From Prorocentrum cordatum (lineage: Eukaryota), in the NCBI GenBank assembly GCA_963575745.1, contig CAUYUJ010000226.1:310001-374000 (forward strand): a stretch of 64,000 nt of DNA. The letters run 5' to 3'. The stretch's first letter is position 1. Each line of letters starts with the position of its first letter. This document shows positions 22,111 to 33,389 of the stretch, in pieces. A program made the position numbers and the translations under genes. The notes under the pieces are model-generated. The model saw only the letters and a program-made list of their open reading frames with translations, was not told the origin of the DNA and made no database searches.

Positions 22111-22300
22111 TGCGTGCGAAGCGCGCGTGTGATTCGGTTCAAGTGTGTACATATATATATATGTATGTATATATATATATATATATATATGTATATGTAT
22201 ACGTGCATGTATATGTATATGTATATGTATATATGTATATTGTATATATATATATGTATCTACATATACATATGTGCATATATGTATATATATATGTATA
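22111..22300 (+). repeat. Degenerate Helitron-like 3' end followed by a (TA)n/(TATG)n microsatellite
   Basis: GCGTGCGAAGCGCGC hairpin then GGTTCAAGT, homologous to 24769-24795. Confidence 0.55.
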
Positions 22301-22573
22301 TGTAACCGCAGCCCCCGGGTCATAAAGCATCCAATCCTCTCCTTTCGGATCCTACTCACGGGATTGAACGTGGTTCAATTGAAGCAGCAGGCGGGGAAGC
22401 CGAACCTTCTTTATCCGCCCCGAAGTTCCGATCGTAGCTCTGATTGTGAGGATCTCCCATGCGAAACGCTATTCAGACATCCGAACATCAATACCTCCGG
22501 GAAACAGTTTGTTCTCCCGATTTGACCCCGAACTTCCTTTTCCCCAGGGGATTATTTTCAGCATGCGGTTACA
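22301..22573. mobile_element. Solo LTR-like element or short TIR element (273 bp)
   Basis: Perfect 10-bp terminal inverted repeat TGTAACCGCA...TGCGGTTACA, next to a TA microsatellite; no clear TSD. Confidence 0.65.
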
Positions 22574-22661
22574 TCTCTATGTGTTCATATAGCTATATAC
22601 TATAATACGCCAGGCCCCCTCCCGGGGCGTCCTGCACCTCGCTCACATCTCGATTACGCTC

Positions 22662-24129
22662 CCAGTACCGCGCTTCCCGGCCTCCCGGGGAGCCCCCAAA
22701 ACGCCCAAGAACAGCCCAAGACGACCCCAAGAAGCCCCCAGAACGTCAAAGAAAGGCCCAAGACGTTCCCAAGCAACCCAGGATAACTTTCGGGCGGCTC
22801 CCCAGGCTCCCGGGAGGCCTCCAAGAGACCTCAAGAGAGCTCCAACAGGCCTCCCGAGAGCGCCCGGAGAATCTAACATCGTTAAGTTTCAGTTTTTTTT
22901 TTCTGGGGGTTTTTGGCCTTCTCACCATTTCATGCTTCCAACGCTCCAAGACGGCCGAAGAAGCCCCCAAGACCGCCCCGAGAGCGCCCAAGAGGCCCCC
23001 AAGACGGCCCTAAGACGGGCCAAGACGGCCCCAAGTCTGCCGAAGAGGCGCCCAGGACAGCTCCAGACCCTCAGAGCAGGCCCAAGATGAGCCCATGAGC
23101 GGGAGCAGGAGGCCGCCAGAGACCTCCGAGAGGGCTCCAGGACCCCCCAGAGGCCTCCAACACACCCCAGACTCCTGAGAGGCCCCCAAACAAGCTCCTA
23201 CGAGGCCCCCCAAACAGCCCCAGAGAGCTTCGAGAGCCGTTCCGAGAGAGCCCGAAGAGGGTAAAATCGTTGCTTCCCAATGGCTTTTGTCGACGTTTTT
23301 TCGCCTTCTCACGTTTTCTGGCTCCCAACGCTCCAAGACCGAGGAATTTGAAGAACAAATAAGGAATTTCAGAGATACCCTCTTTTTGAAACGTTCAACA
23401 AATGCGTGCCCCCTCCCAGGGGTCCCACACTTTCCCGGAACATTTGCGGAACGCTTCCAGTACCGCGCTTCCCGGCCTCCCGGGGAGCTCCCAAAACGCC
23501 CAAGAACGCCCAAGACGACCCCAAGAAGCCCCCAGGACGTCAAAGAAAGGCCCAAGACGTTCCCAAGCAACCCAGGATAGCTTTCGGGCGGCTCCCCAGG
23601 CTCCCAGGAGGCCTCCAAGAGACCTCAAGAGAGCTCCGACATGCCTCCCGAGAGAGCCCGGAGAATCTCAAATCGTGAAGTTTTGTGTCTTTCTGGGGGT
23701 TTTTGGCCTTCTCACCATTTCATGCTTCCAACGCTCCAAGACGGCCGAAGAAGCCCCCAAGACCGCCCCGAGAGCGCCTAAGAGGCCCCCAAGACGGCCC
23801 CAAGACGGGCCAAGACGGCCCGAAGACTGCCGAAGAGGCGCCCAGGACAGCTCCAGACCACCCCAGAGCAGGCCCAAGATGAGCCCATGAGCGGGAGCAG
23901 GAGGCCGCCAGAGACCTCCGAGAGGGCTCCAGGACCCCCCAGAGGCCTCCAACACACCCCAGACCCCTGAGAGGCCCCCCAAAAAGCTCCTACGAGGCCC
24001 CCCAAACAGCCCCAGAGAGCTTCGAGAGCCGTTCCGAGAGAGCCCGAAGAGGGTAAAATCGTTGATTTCCAATGGTTTTTGTAGACGTGTTTCGCCTTCT
24101 CACGTTTTCCCGCTTCCAACGCTCCAAGA
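22662..24129. repeat. Tandem duplication (period ~795 bp) of a CCAAGA-family repeat
   Basis: CCAGTACCGCGCTTCCCGGCCTCCCGGGGA begins at 22662 and 23457, with long colinear similarity downstream. Confidence 0.9.
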
Positions 24130-24768
24130 TTAAGGATTCTGAAGAAAAAGAAGGAATTCCAGATATTATTTGTTTTCAAGTTTGGACTCCTACCCCCTAT
24201 CCTCTTCCTCGAGCCCCATCAAGACTTCGGGGTAACATGCAAAAATGTTTCGGGAACTCGGTTGAACTCTCTGACGCTGTCTTGGCACTCTCTTGGATCG
24301 TTTTCGTGTCCTTTTGGCTGCCCCTGAAACCATTGTAGAAATCAAGATCCCATGATCCCATGAGTTGAAGCAGTGGAATGTTAGAATTCCTTTGTTAAAC
24401 TCACCCCTGCCTATATTTGCACGAAGACCCCGAGAGGCATCCCAACAGACCGCGGCCTACATGCAGAAAACGTCTAACCCACAGCCCAGGCACTACATCT
24501 TGAAAAAGAGAGAGATCCCACCATTCCGTTTTTTTTCCAAGTTCGCCCCCTTTGTCTTCAATTCAGGCACCAGAAAAGAACCCAGGAAGCCTTCGAGGGC
24601 CCCAAATCGTTGAATACCTAACGGCAATTCATGTTTTTTGCGTTTCCGCAGTTCCCTTTCTATACGATTCCGAGGCTTGCGCAGGGCCTCCAAGAGAGTC
24701 TTTGGATGCAAGAAGCTGCAAGGATGACATTCCATGCGTTCGCCCGTCAAGCCTAGCTAGAACTTGAG

Positions 24769-24795
24769 CGCGCGCGAAGCGCGCGATGGTTCTAG
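24769..24795 (+). mobile_element. Helitron-like 3' terminus
   Basis: CGCGCGC-GAA-GCGCGCG hairpin, 6 nt, then CTAG followed by T. Confidence 0.6.
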
Positions 24796-24920
24796 TGTAT
24801 ATCTATATATATATGTGTGTATGGCACTGTCTGTGACTGGAATGAAGGCGAGTGGGAGTTGCGAGCTGGGTAGCATCCGCGGCCCATGCATGCTCAAAGT
24901 TTTTGAGGGGTCGCACCTTG

Positions 24921-25325
24921 ATGCTGCTCCCAGCTTCCGTGAGCGATCTCCTTCAGACAGCGGCGCGGGAGATCGGGCGTGGCGCTGTCGCTGGAGTGGT
25001 GGCCAGCTGGACCGTCGCCGGCGGCGGCGGAGAGGCCTGCCCGCCTCCAGGGCCGTGCCCACTGGTGCCGCCTTGCCCCAACCTGACCTGCCCATCGCCG
25101 GAGTTTGTCTGCCCGCAAGCACCGTGCCCGCCGCGCCCCGGGCTCAGCTGCCCGGAGGGGCCGCCGTGGGTGGTCCTCGCGCTGGTGCTGGTCGGGAACG
25201 TCGCCGCGTCGGTGAGCTGCGGCTTCCTGTTCGGAGTGAGGCGCGGCGGACAGCATGGCGGTGCTGCCGGCAACCCAGCGCGGAGGCCTGCCCTCCGCGG
25301 TGGCCGCGGTGGCGGCGTCATTGGA
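24921..25325 (+). CDS. Cys/Pro-rich ORF with a predicted transmembrane segment at the 5' end of the YR element; in frame with the gag-like ORF in this copy
   Basis: CPPPGPCPLVPPCPNLTCPSPEFVCPQAPCPPRPGLSCP followed by WVVLALVLVGNVAASVSCGFLFGV and a basic Gly-rich tail. Confidence 0.55.
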
Positions 25326-25729
25326 TCTAGGATCTTCGTCCGCTACGCCGACGCCGGTGGGGACCTCCCCCACGAGAGGGTGTGCTTGTGGCCTTTGACG
25401 GAGGTGGAGTGGATCACGGAGTCGCCCGGCGGGGAGCAGGTGGCCGAGGAGCTGGTCGACGGCGACATTGAGGAGTTCGTGGTTCTGGCTCCTGGCGGAG
25501 TGGTGCCGGCGCACGTGACGTCGCCGAGGTACCGCTTCCGTGAGGAGGTGGGCCCGCGGGCCCTCAGGCTGAAGATGATGGAGGCGAAGCAGGTGGCCAG
25601 GGCGGCTACCCGCCCAGGAGACAGCGTGGTCGAGGCCACCCCGTTCGCGCAGTTGTGGGGCGGCCAGGTGGCGGCGCTGGAAGACCTCTGGCGCGGGGGC
25701 GGAGTTGTGCCACCCCCACGCCGCGTGCG

Positions 25730-25922
25730 TACGGTAGGTTTGCGTCGTGTCGACCAGCGGCGACCCCAGCACGGGCGCTTCAAGGTTGAACGCCGCCGGC
25801 GACCCAGAATCGATCGATGTTGAACGATCGGACGTTGCGGCAGCGGCCGATCGTTCAAGGTTGAAAGATCCCTGCGGTGTCAAAAACCAACGCTGGGGTC
25901 GGCACGACACGAACCTGCCGTA
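25730..25922. mobile_element. MITE family A copy inserted in YR ORF1
   Basis: Removing the element plus one TA restores CGC GTG CGT AGC AAG CAG (RVRSKQ) in frame. Confidence 0.9.
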
Positions 25923-26070
25923 GCAAGCAGCAGGAGGGTTTGGGCGTCGCCGTGCGACGAGGAGCTGACGGGGACGTCCCAGGCGTGATCCAAAGGACTG
26001 CGACCCCGCCTCTGGAGGAAGACGACCGTAGCGCGGCTCCGGCCCTGGTGGAGGATGAGCCCGCCTACAC

Positions 26071-27774
26071 CGCACTCACATCTATACCCGTGGGTGGGTG
26101 CATGTGCGGCCGTTTTTGCGCTGTCATGTGCGCGCATATGCGCGGCATGTGCCAGTCATGTGCCAGGCCTGTGCGGTCCTTCTTGGATGGACTTCCTACT
26201 GTGCACGTCGTGCCCGAGCATGTGCGGGGGCATGTGCGCTGTGTTTTGGTGTATCCACCATACGCACATGCACGCACAGTCCGAGGCACATGCGCGCACA
26301 TGCCTGCACATGCGGGAGGTGTTCGAGAATCGCAGATTTGTCATCGGCACATGCACGCACATGCCTGCGCAACCTCTGTTCGGGAGGCCGCGCGGGCCCG
26401 CACATGCACGCACATGCGGTGAAGCGCGCGGGTGCCCATGCGTGCACGCCCCAATGCACATGCGCGCTCATGCCCTAGGAGCTGTCTGAGACCCCTGTGC
26501 CTCCAATGCCTCCTGGCCTTCGCAGAGCTAACCTGGGGCTTGCCAGGGCTTCCTGAAAGAGTTTGTTGTGCGTTTAGACTCGCCCGCGGCTGGCGGGGGC
26601 GGTTCTTCGCCCGGTTCGTGAGCTGGCGGTGGCGTGCCCTCCCAGTAAAATTCTCTCCCGCGCGCCTTTTCAGCTCGGCCGGAGAAGCAGGGGTGAATGG
26701 GGGGGGGGAGGAGGGGGGGGCGGAGGAGGCGGACGCCCCCGGCTCGGTCGGCCCGCCCGCCTGTTCGGCTCGGCCAGGAGGAGGAGGAGGAGGAGGAGGA
26801 GGAGAGGAGGAGGAGGAGGGAGGAGGAGGAGGAGGAGGAGGAGGTGAGAGTTGCGAGGTTGTCTCAGGCGAAAGTGGCTTGACGGCCCGAGCTCAGGGAA
26901 TCTCGGATTCGCTGGCCTGGCTCGGCCACGGGGAGCTCGGCCTGTGCGAATGCTGTGCGTACCTGTGCGGGGCATGTGCGGGGCGTGCAAGAATGCCGGG
27001 GCCGGCGTTCGTCTCCGGGCGCCGGCGCGTTCGCGTCCGCGCGCAAGACATCCTCGCCCGAGATGCCCTGAGTTGAGGTGTTCAGGCCACTTTCGCCAGA
27101 GACATCCTCGCAACTCTGACCTCAATGATGCCCTGCTCCATAGTGTCTCGGCCTTTTTCGCTTGAGACCCTCGCACCTCTGGGTTCAGAGATGCCTTGAG
27201 CAGGTGGTCAGGCGACTCCTTCCACATCCTCGCAACTTGGTTCCGAGACGCCCTGGGCCGAGGTGGTCAGACCACTCTCGCCAGAGACATCCTCGCAACT
27301 CTGACCTCGGAGATCTCTTGCCCCATGGTGGTCAGGCCACTTTCGCTTGAGACACCCTCACAACTTAGACCTCGGAGGTGCCCTGCCCCATGGTGGTCTG
27401 GTCATCTTGACCAGCAACATCCTCGCCATTCTGGTTTCCAAGATGCCCTGCCCCATGGTGGTCCGGCCACGTTTGCCTGAGACATCCTCGCAACTCTGGG
27501 CTGCGAAATGCCCCGAGCTCAGGTGTTCAGGCCACTATCGCCTGCGACATCTCTGCGGCATGTGCGGGCATGTGCGTCTATGTTTTCAGAGTTTTGCTCG
27601 ACCGTGCATTCGACTGTGCATCGGACGGTGTGGCATGTGCGCGCATGCGCGGCAATGCTGTTGAGGCTTTTGTATATTTGCATGGGCATGTGCATGCGAC
27701 TGCGCGGCATGTGCATGCATGTGCGGTCCCTTCCGGACCACAATTTCAAAGTGAGCACTATAGAAGTGTGAGCG
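26071..27774. mobile_element. ~1.7-kb nested non-coding insertion with CATGTGCG-rich arms, a GAG tract and ~63-65-bp tandem units (27047-27550)
   Basis: Imperfect terminal inverted repeat CGCACTCACATCTATA / TATAGAAGTGTGAGCG; it interrupts ORF1. Confidence 0.6.
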
Positions 27775-28792
27775 CTATCGAAGTGAGTCCGGTGCACCGC
27801 TGGGTCGTCGGCGAGCCTAGCGAGCTGTTCGCGATCCGCACCGAGTTCACGGCAGTGACGATCCGGGCGGAGAAGGAGGTGTGCCGCTTGGGCGACCGCA
27901 TTCTGCTGGCCGCGTCGGGCGCCCCAGTGTCTGGCAAGGCTGGCGAGGACGTGGTGGTGCTGCGCCGGATTGGCACGGGCGACGTAGACGGCTTCGCGGA
28001 GCGGCGGTGGAAAGATATCAGCTCTTTCATGTCAAAGCCTTCGTCCAGCTTATGGAAGTTGACCCAGGGCCAGGGCGCGAGCTCGACTGACGAGGTCGAC
28101 GACGACGCGCGGATCCTTGCTGTGCTGCGCGACGAGCAGGGGGAACGCGTCCGCTCTTGGAAGGAGGCGGTGGGGAAGGCCCGTCGATGGCCCCCGCGCC
28201 ACGTCGTGGATGGCGAAGACTATCGAGCGGACGGGTGGGTCACCGACGCAGTGGTATCACAAGTATTTCGCAGAGAATCGGATCGCCGCCTCAGACCGCC
28301 TCGCGCGCGAGCTCCAGGCGCTGCGCTGGCTCATGGAGCACGCGGGCTGCCGCGACCAGCTCAACCTCGCCTCGCTGGCCGCGTTCGAGGCGCTGGCGAG
28401 GAGGGCGCAGCCGCTGCTCGACGCGGCCAGTCTCGGGCCGGGGGAGGGCCGCTTAGAGGGCGAGGAACTGCGGTCAGGGCATCAGCAGCGAACTGCGGGG
28501 ATCGCCCCCGCCCCGGCGGCTCGCGTCGCCAACCGTGCGGAGGAGAAGTCTGAGATTGAGACGCAGCGCCAGCGGGCCCAAGAAGTGCGCGCCAGCGCCG
28601 CGAATCCTGAGGCAAAGGCGGCCGCCAAAGGAGGGGCCGGAGGCGCGGCTGGGAGTTAGCTGTGCGACGGCGGCCTACAGGGGCCCCGCTGCAGGCAGCG
28701 TCTACCTCAGAGGGGCAGCGCCCTTGGGCGGCGCCCTTTTCGTGCTCGGCGCGGCGGCCGTCGTCGTGCTGAGCCGCCGCAACTTTTTCGCG

Positions 28793-30925
28793 ATGCAGCC
28801 CGAGCTCTTCCCTTTGCCGACGTTGGTAGAGGAGGGGCCGTGCCGTGCTGGGCTAAGCCGAGGGGCGCGCCAGCGGGTCGCTCGCCGTCGCGCCGTCACT
28901 CACCGCGCCAACGACGCCAGCAATGCTTCTAACTGGCTGAGTGGGTGCGGAGTGAAGGCTTCACCTGGCGGCGGGGGCTCTCAGGCTCAGTTGGAGGCTG
29001 TCCAGCACCTGCGGAGCGTGATGCAGCGCTCTCAGGCTACTGACATCGCACCCCGTCCGCATGAAGCCCCCGCGCGCTTCTGCGTTCCCGACCCGGTTAC
29101 GACTCGGATGAGCACACTGCGAGCGACTACCAGGAAGAGCGGTTGTCGGTGCCCTCCTCGCGCGCGGACTGCCCGCGCGCGGTGGGCGTTGCGCTGGCTG
29201 AGGCTGTATCTATGCTCGTAGATTTTTGAAGAACGCATGGTCAGACCTGAGATCGAATTTTGGGAGCTGGCTGACAACTCTGAGCCGATCACGCCCTACG
29301 CGGATCGTACCTTGGCGAGGGACCGGGGGGCGTATATCAAGTTTGTCAAACGGCTGGAGTCAATTGGAATCTTGCGGCGATGTACATCGTGCAAGGATCG
29401 TGCCGCCGTGTTCTGTGTCAAGAAGAAGTCGGGTAAGCAGCGGCTGGCGGTGGGCGCTCGCCGCAGCAACCGACGTTTCCGAGACCCTCCAGGAGTGGAT
29501 TTGGCCACCGCCGAGTCCCTGGGATTGATCGAGGTCGATGATGGCATCGAAATCTTTGTCAGCACGGGCGGGGCGCCTTCTACCGTTTCAAGATCGATGT
29601 GGAGTTGAGCCGGTACTTCGGGCTGCCTCCCCTGCGGGCCGAGGAGCTCTGGATCCACGAGGCGGAGGGGGAGTGGCTGTCGCCAGACTGTTGGGTGCAC
29701 CCTTGCTTCGCGGTGCTACAAATGGGGTTCAAGTGGTCCCTCTTCCTTGTGCGAGAGGAGGTCACCAAGCAGGTGGAGTCCGCCGCAGGTGCGTCCGCGG
29801 ACCGTCGTCTGCAGACGTTCGAGGGCTCGCGCCTGGCCACCTCCGGCGGGCAGCCCCTCTATTATGTCTACGTGGGCAACGTGGGCTTCTCGGGCAGCCA
29901 GCGCAGCGCAAGGAGGTGCAGATCTTGAAAGATCAGGCGCGCGACGCCCTCGACGACGTTGGCCTCGCCACCCACGAGCACGCCCCCGCCCAGGTCGACG
30001 CTGAGATTGATGGGGTGGCGATCGATGGGCGCGCTGGCACGGTGGCCACCGCCGCCTTGAAGAGACCTGGAAGATCGACAGCCTGTTCACCTGGCTGCTG
30101 GACCGCGGGGCCGCGTCTGGACACCAGCCGGCGTCGACCGTAGGCCACCTCGCGTTCATTTTCATGCTTCGCCGCCCTCTGTTGTCAGTTTTGTCTGCGA
30201 CTAATTAGGTTGACCAGCTCATGAGGAATACTGGTGGGGGGCAAGTCGAGCTGTTGCCCTCCGTGCGGGCCGAGCTCAGCCCAGCGCGCGCGTTGCTCCC
30301 TCTCGCCTTTGCCCAGTGGAGTTTGCCTTGGCATCGCGAGGTCGTTGCGGCGGATGCCTGCCCCGCAGGATGGGGGGTGGTGGAGAGTATATGGGGCGAG
30401 AAAAACGTGAAAGAAGTGTGGGGGGGGGGGGGGGGGGGCGACGAGCGGCTGCGGTTTCGGGTTCGGCAAGATCCGGCTCATCGGGCTTGCGCTCGCGCAG
30501 GCTCTCGAGATGCCTTGGATAACATGTGCGCCACCTACGTTCCCACAGGCGCCAACGACCCTGACGAGTTCTGGGAGGAGGGCCCCGAGTTCCCCGACAT
30601 CAGCCCCGACTGGATCCTCAAGGCCCCCTGGAAGCACGTGTGCTCTGGTAGGTTCACCCGAAAGGCGCCCATCCACATCTTGGAAGCCAAGGGGGTGATC
30701 TGGGCCCTTCGGCGGATCGCGAAAAGCCCTGGGGTGGAAGGTCGTCATATCGTGTTCTTGGGAAACAACTTGGGCCAGATCCTGGCCTTCTGCAAGGGGG
30801 GGGGCCTCCGACTTCAAAACGAACATCTGCTGCCGAAGGTGGTGCGCCCTGTGCCTGGCCCGGAACATCCGTTGCCATGTTCGCTGGTTGCCGTCTGCGC
30901 TCAGCCCCGCGGGGGCGGGCCATCG
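28793..30925 (+). pseudogene. RT/RNase H (pol) of the YR element, multiply frameshifted
   Basis: VFCVKKKSGKQRLAVGARRSN; RYFGLP; LQMGFKWSLF; YVYVGN (degenerate YVDN); ADACPAGWG; IHILEA; LGNN; PSALSPAG. Confidence 0.85.
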
Positions 30926-31239
30926 CGTCGGCATGGGCCGGGTGAAGGATGACGACGGGGTCGCCCGAGCCGACTGTCAGCTCGGGGCGGCGGGAGGTGC
31001 GGCGGCTAGTGAGCAGCGGCCGCTGCGCTCGCGAGAAGGCGACGACGCCTCGGCCGATCAAGCAGCGGCTGTTGGCACGCCTGCCGCGGAGGGTGCCAGC
31101 GACGCAGCCGGCCAAGGTGGGGGGGCTGACTGCTACGCTGGCCAGGCAGGATCGCTTCTCGGTCGAGGTCGACATCCTCGGGCGCTCGGTCCTCGAGACG
31201 GAAGCTGCGGGCGAGAAGGTCGACAAGCAGTGCATCGAT

Positions 31240-32110
31240 TGATGGGGGAGTTCGAGCGGGGCTGCGCGAGGCTCGGGCTGTCGTTCAATTCCCCGGAGGA
31301 GATCGACTGCGCGCTGATAGAGGTGTTCGACGAGAGGTTCTTCAACGGGATGGACGGCAGTGTCGGACATTACCTGCTGGCCGTCATCAGGGGCCCCCGC
31401 CCGGAGTTGTGGCGGGCTGGGATGTTCCGGCTGCCCCGGGCCCACCGTGCCCTCCAGGGCTGGGGCCGCTTGGCGCCTGGACAGCCCCGTCTCCCAGAGG
31501 CGCGCCCTGCGTGGGCGGCGGCGATGGTCGAGCTGGCGCGGGCGGGCGCCCGCGCGACGGCGATCGAGACGTTGGTCGCCCTCGTGACCTACGGGCGCCC
31601 CGGCGAGCTGAAGGCGAAGTGGCTGATCCCGCCGTCGGTGAACGCGGGGCCGCACTGGGCGATCGCCATCCGGCCGTCCGAGGAGCTGCGGCCGACAAAG
31701 GTGGGCATCTACGACGACACCGTGGTCTGGGACAAGGATGCGGCGTGGACCGCGCAACTACTCGTGGACCTCGAGCGCGGAAAGGAAGGCGACGCTCCCC
31801 TGTTCGACTACACCTACTCAAGCTACCTGAAGCAGTTCAAAGCTGCGTGCACGCGGCTCGGCCTGCCCGAGCTGGTGCCTTCCCAGCTCCGGCACAGCGG
31901 CTCCGGCACAGCGGGGCGTCGTGGGGTCGGTTGCAGCTGAGGAGGACACTCGACGAGATCATGAAGGTAGGTCGGTGGGGCAGCCGCAAAAGCGTCGCCC
32001 GCTACGAGAAGGGCGGCCGCGTTCAGGCACACTGGCAGCGCCTGCCCAAGAGCTTTCAGCAGTTCGCGACGCGGTGCGAAGCCAACGTGCGTCGCGTCCT
32101 GCTCGACGGC
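31240..32110 (+). pseudogene. Tyrosine recombinase of the YR element
   Basis: TYGRPGEL (R), PTKVG (K), PSQLRHSG (HxxR-like), then after a frameshift GRWGSRKSVARYEK (W...Y). Confidence 0.85.
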
Positions 32111-32149
32111 CTGCCCGCCCTAGCTGCCCCGTCTCCTCCCCGGAGTGGA

Positions 32150-32800
32150 GTTTTGAAGATATCTGCGCCGGTTGTGGCGGCGCATCAAAAGAAGTGAGGA
32201 AGTTGGGGGCCGATCAACGGAGACGGACATCGCGCTTGGCCCGCATCATGACCTGTTGATAAGAATCAGCAAAGAGTGTTGAATAGAGTCCGATATGGCA
32301 GAGTCAGGATGATAGCAACGCCTTGTCAGTCCTTGAGTCGAGCGCGCCGTGGCTGCCCCCCCACCTCTGCGCTCAAATCAGCACCCGCGGGGCCGAAGCA
32401 ACCTCAGCGAAGCAGACAATGAGAGGGTGAGAGTTGGTAACATCCTGACGAGATTCACGATCAAGTTGGCCCGCCTATGCTGGGGGAAGGGCACCCCTTG
32501 CATCGTCGAGAACCCTCTCACCTCCATGTTTTGGATCCTGCCAGCAGTTTTTGTGGCTGCTCGCCCTTCCGCGCGTTAGTATTATGAGTGCTGACTTCTG
32601 CCAATTCGTAACCCGTTGGAGAGAAGCGATTAAATTCATGCTGTGTAGTATTCCTGATGAGTCTGTGAGACCTCTGGAGCCTTTTCAAGGGTTCTGGAAT
32701 GGGGGTGTGCTCAGGGACGGGCCGCCCGCGCCTTGATCTGTCTGGTAAAGCCCCCAACGGAAAGTTCTGGATCTTGACTGCCCAGCCTTACCGCCCACCC
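32150..32800 (+). pseudogene. Cytosine-5 DNA methyltransferase remnant at the 3' end of the YR element
   Basis: FEDICAGCGGAS (I), ATPCQSLSRAR (IV), CIVENPLTSMFW (VI), DFCQF..WR (VIII), AQPY; spread over several frames. Confidence 0.8.
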
Positions 32801-33341
32801 CCCCTCTGTATCAAAAAAGCTTGCCGACATTGTTCATGCCAGCCACCTGGCTCGGGCCACGGGTCAGGGGCGCGTCTAGTTACTCATGTGTGTGTCGTGT
32901 TCTTATGGCATAAATGGTCTCGGGGCACATAGCGGGGTTGGGTCTCTGGAGAAGCGTTCAGGGCCCTCGCAAACTGTAAAGCGTTCGCGAGATGCGTGTT
33001 TCATCATTTGCTGCACGCAGCATGATATAGAAGCGTCTGCACGACAGCGTTCCGCCCTCGTGGCACTGTCTGTGGTTGGAATGAGAGCGAATGGGGGTTG
33101 CGAGCTGGGCAGCATCCGCGGCCCATTCATGCTCAAAGTTTTCCCCACCCAGATTTCTTGTGACTTTGCACAAGCTCACTCCAGGTGTCCCTGAACTTGC
33201 AAGAGGGTCCCTGTAGAAGCGTTCAAGGACCTCGCCAACTGTAAAGCGATCGCGGGAGGCGTGTCTCATCATTTGTTGCACACCACATGTATGAAAACGT
33301 TCCGCCCTCACACATGTATATATATACACGTGTATGAATGT

Positions 33342-33389
<48 letters not shown>

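Larger units (their letters stand above)
25326..28659 (+). pseudogene. Gag-like ORF1 of the YR element, broken by two insertions and frameshifts
   Basis: IFVRY..PHERVCLW..W..SP; RRVR/SKQ split by a MITE; WVVGEP; DARILAV..D..GER..W; GPRA..W..W..DR..REL..DQLNLASLAAFE. Confidence 0.65.
24822..33309 (+). mobile_element. Tyrosine-recombinase retrotransposon with split direct repeats (Ngaro/PAT-like), degenerate, carrying a DNMT
   Basis: Repeats A1 24822-24903, B1 32940-33059, A2 33061-33142, B2 33205-33309; internal gag-like, RT, RNase H, YR and DNMT remnants; TA-rich microsatellite on both sides. Confidence 0.88.

Noticed and set aside
25730..25925. MITE A as a GT-AG intron (ACG|GTAGG...CCGTAG|C)
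   Set aside because: The obvious splice sites shift the host frame, so it is not a clean introner.
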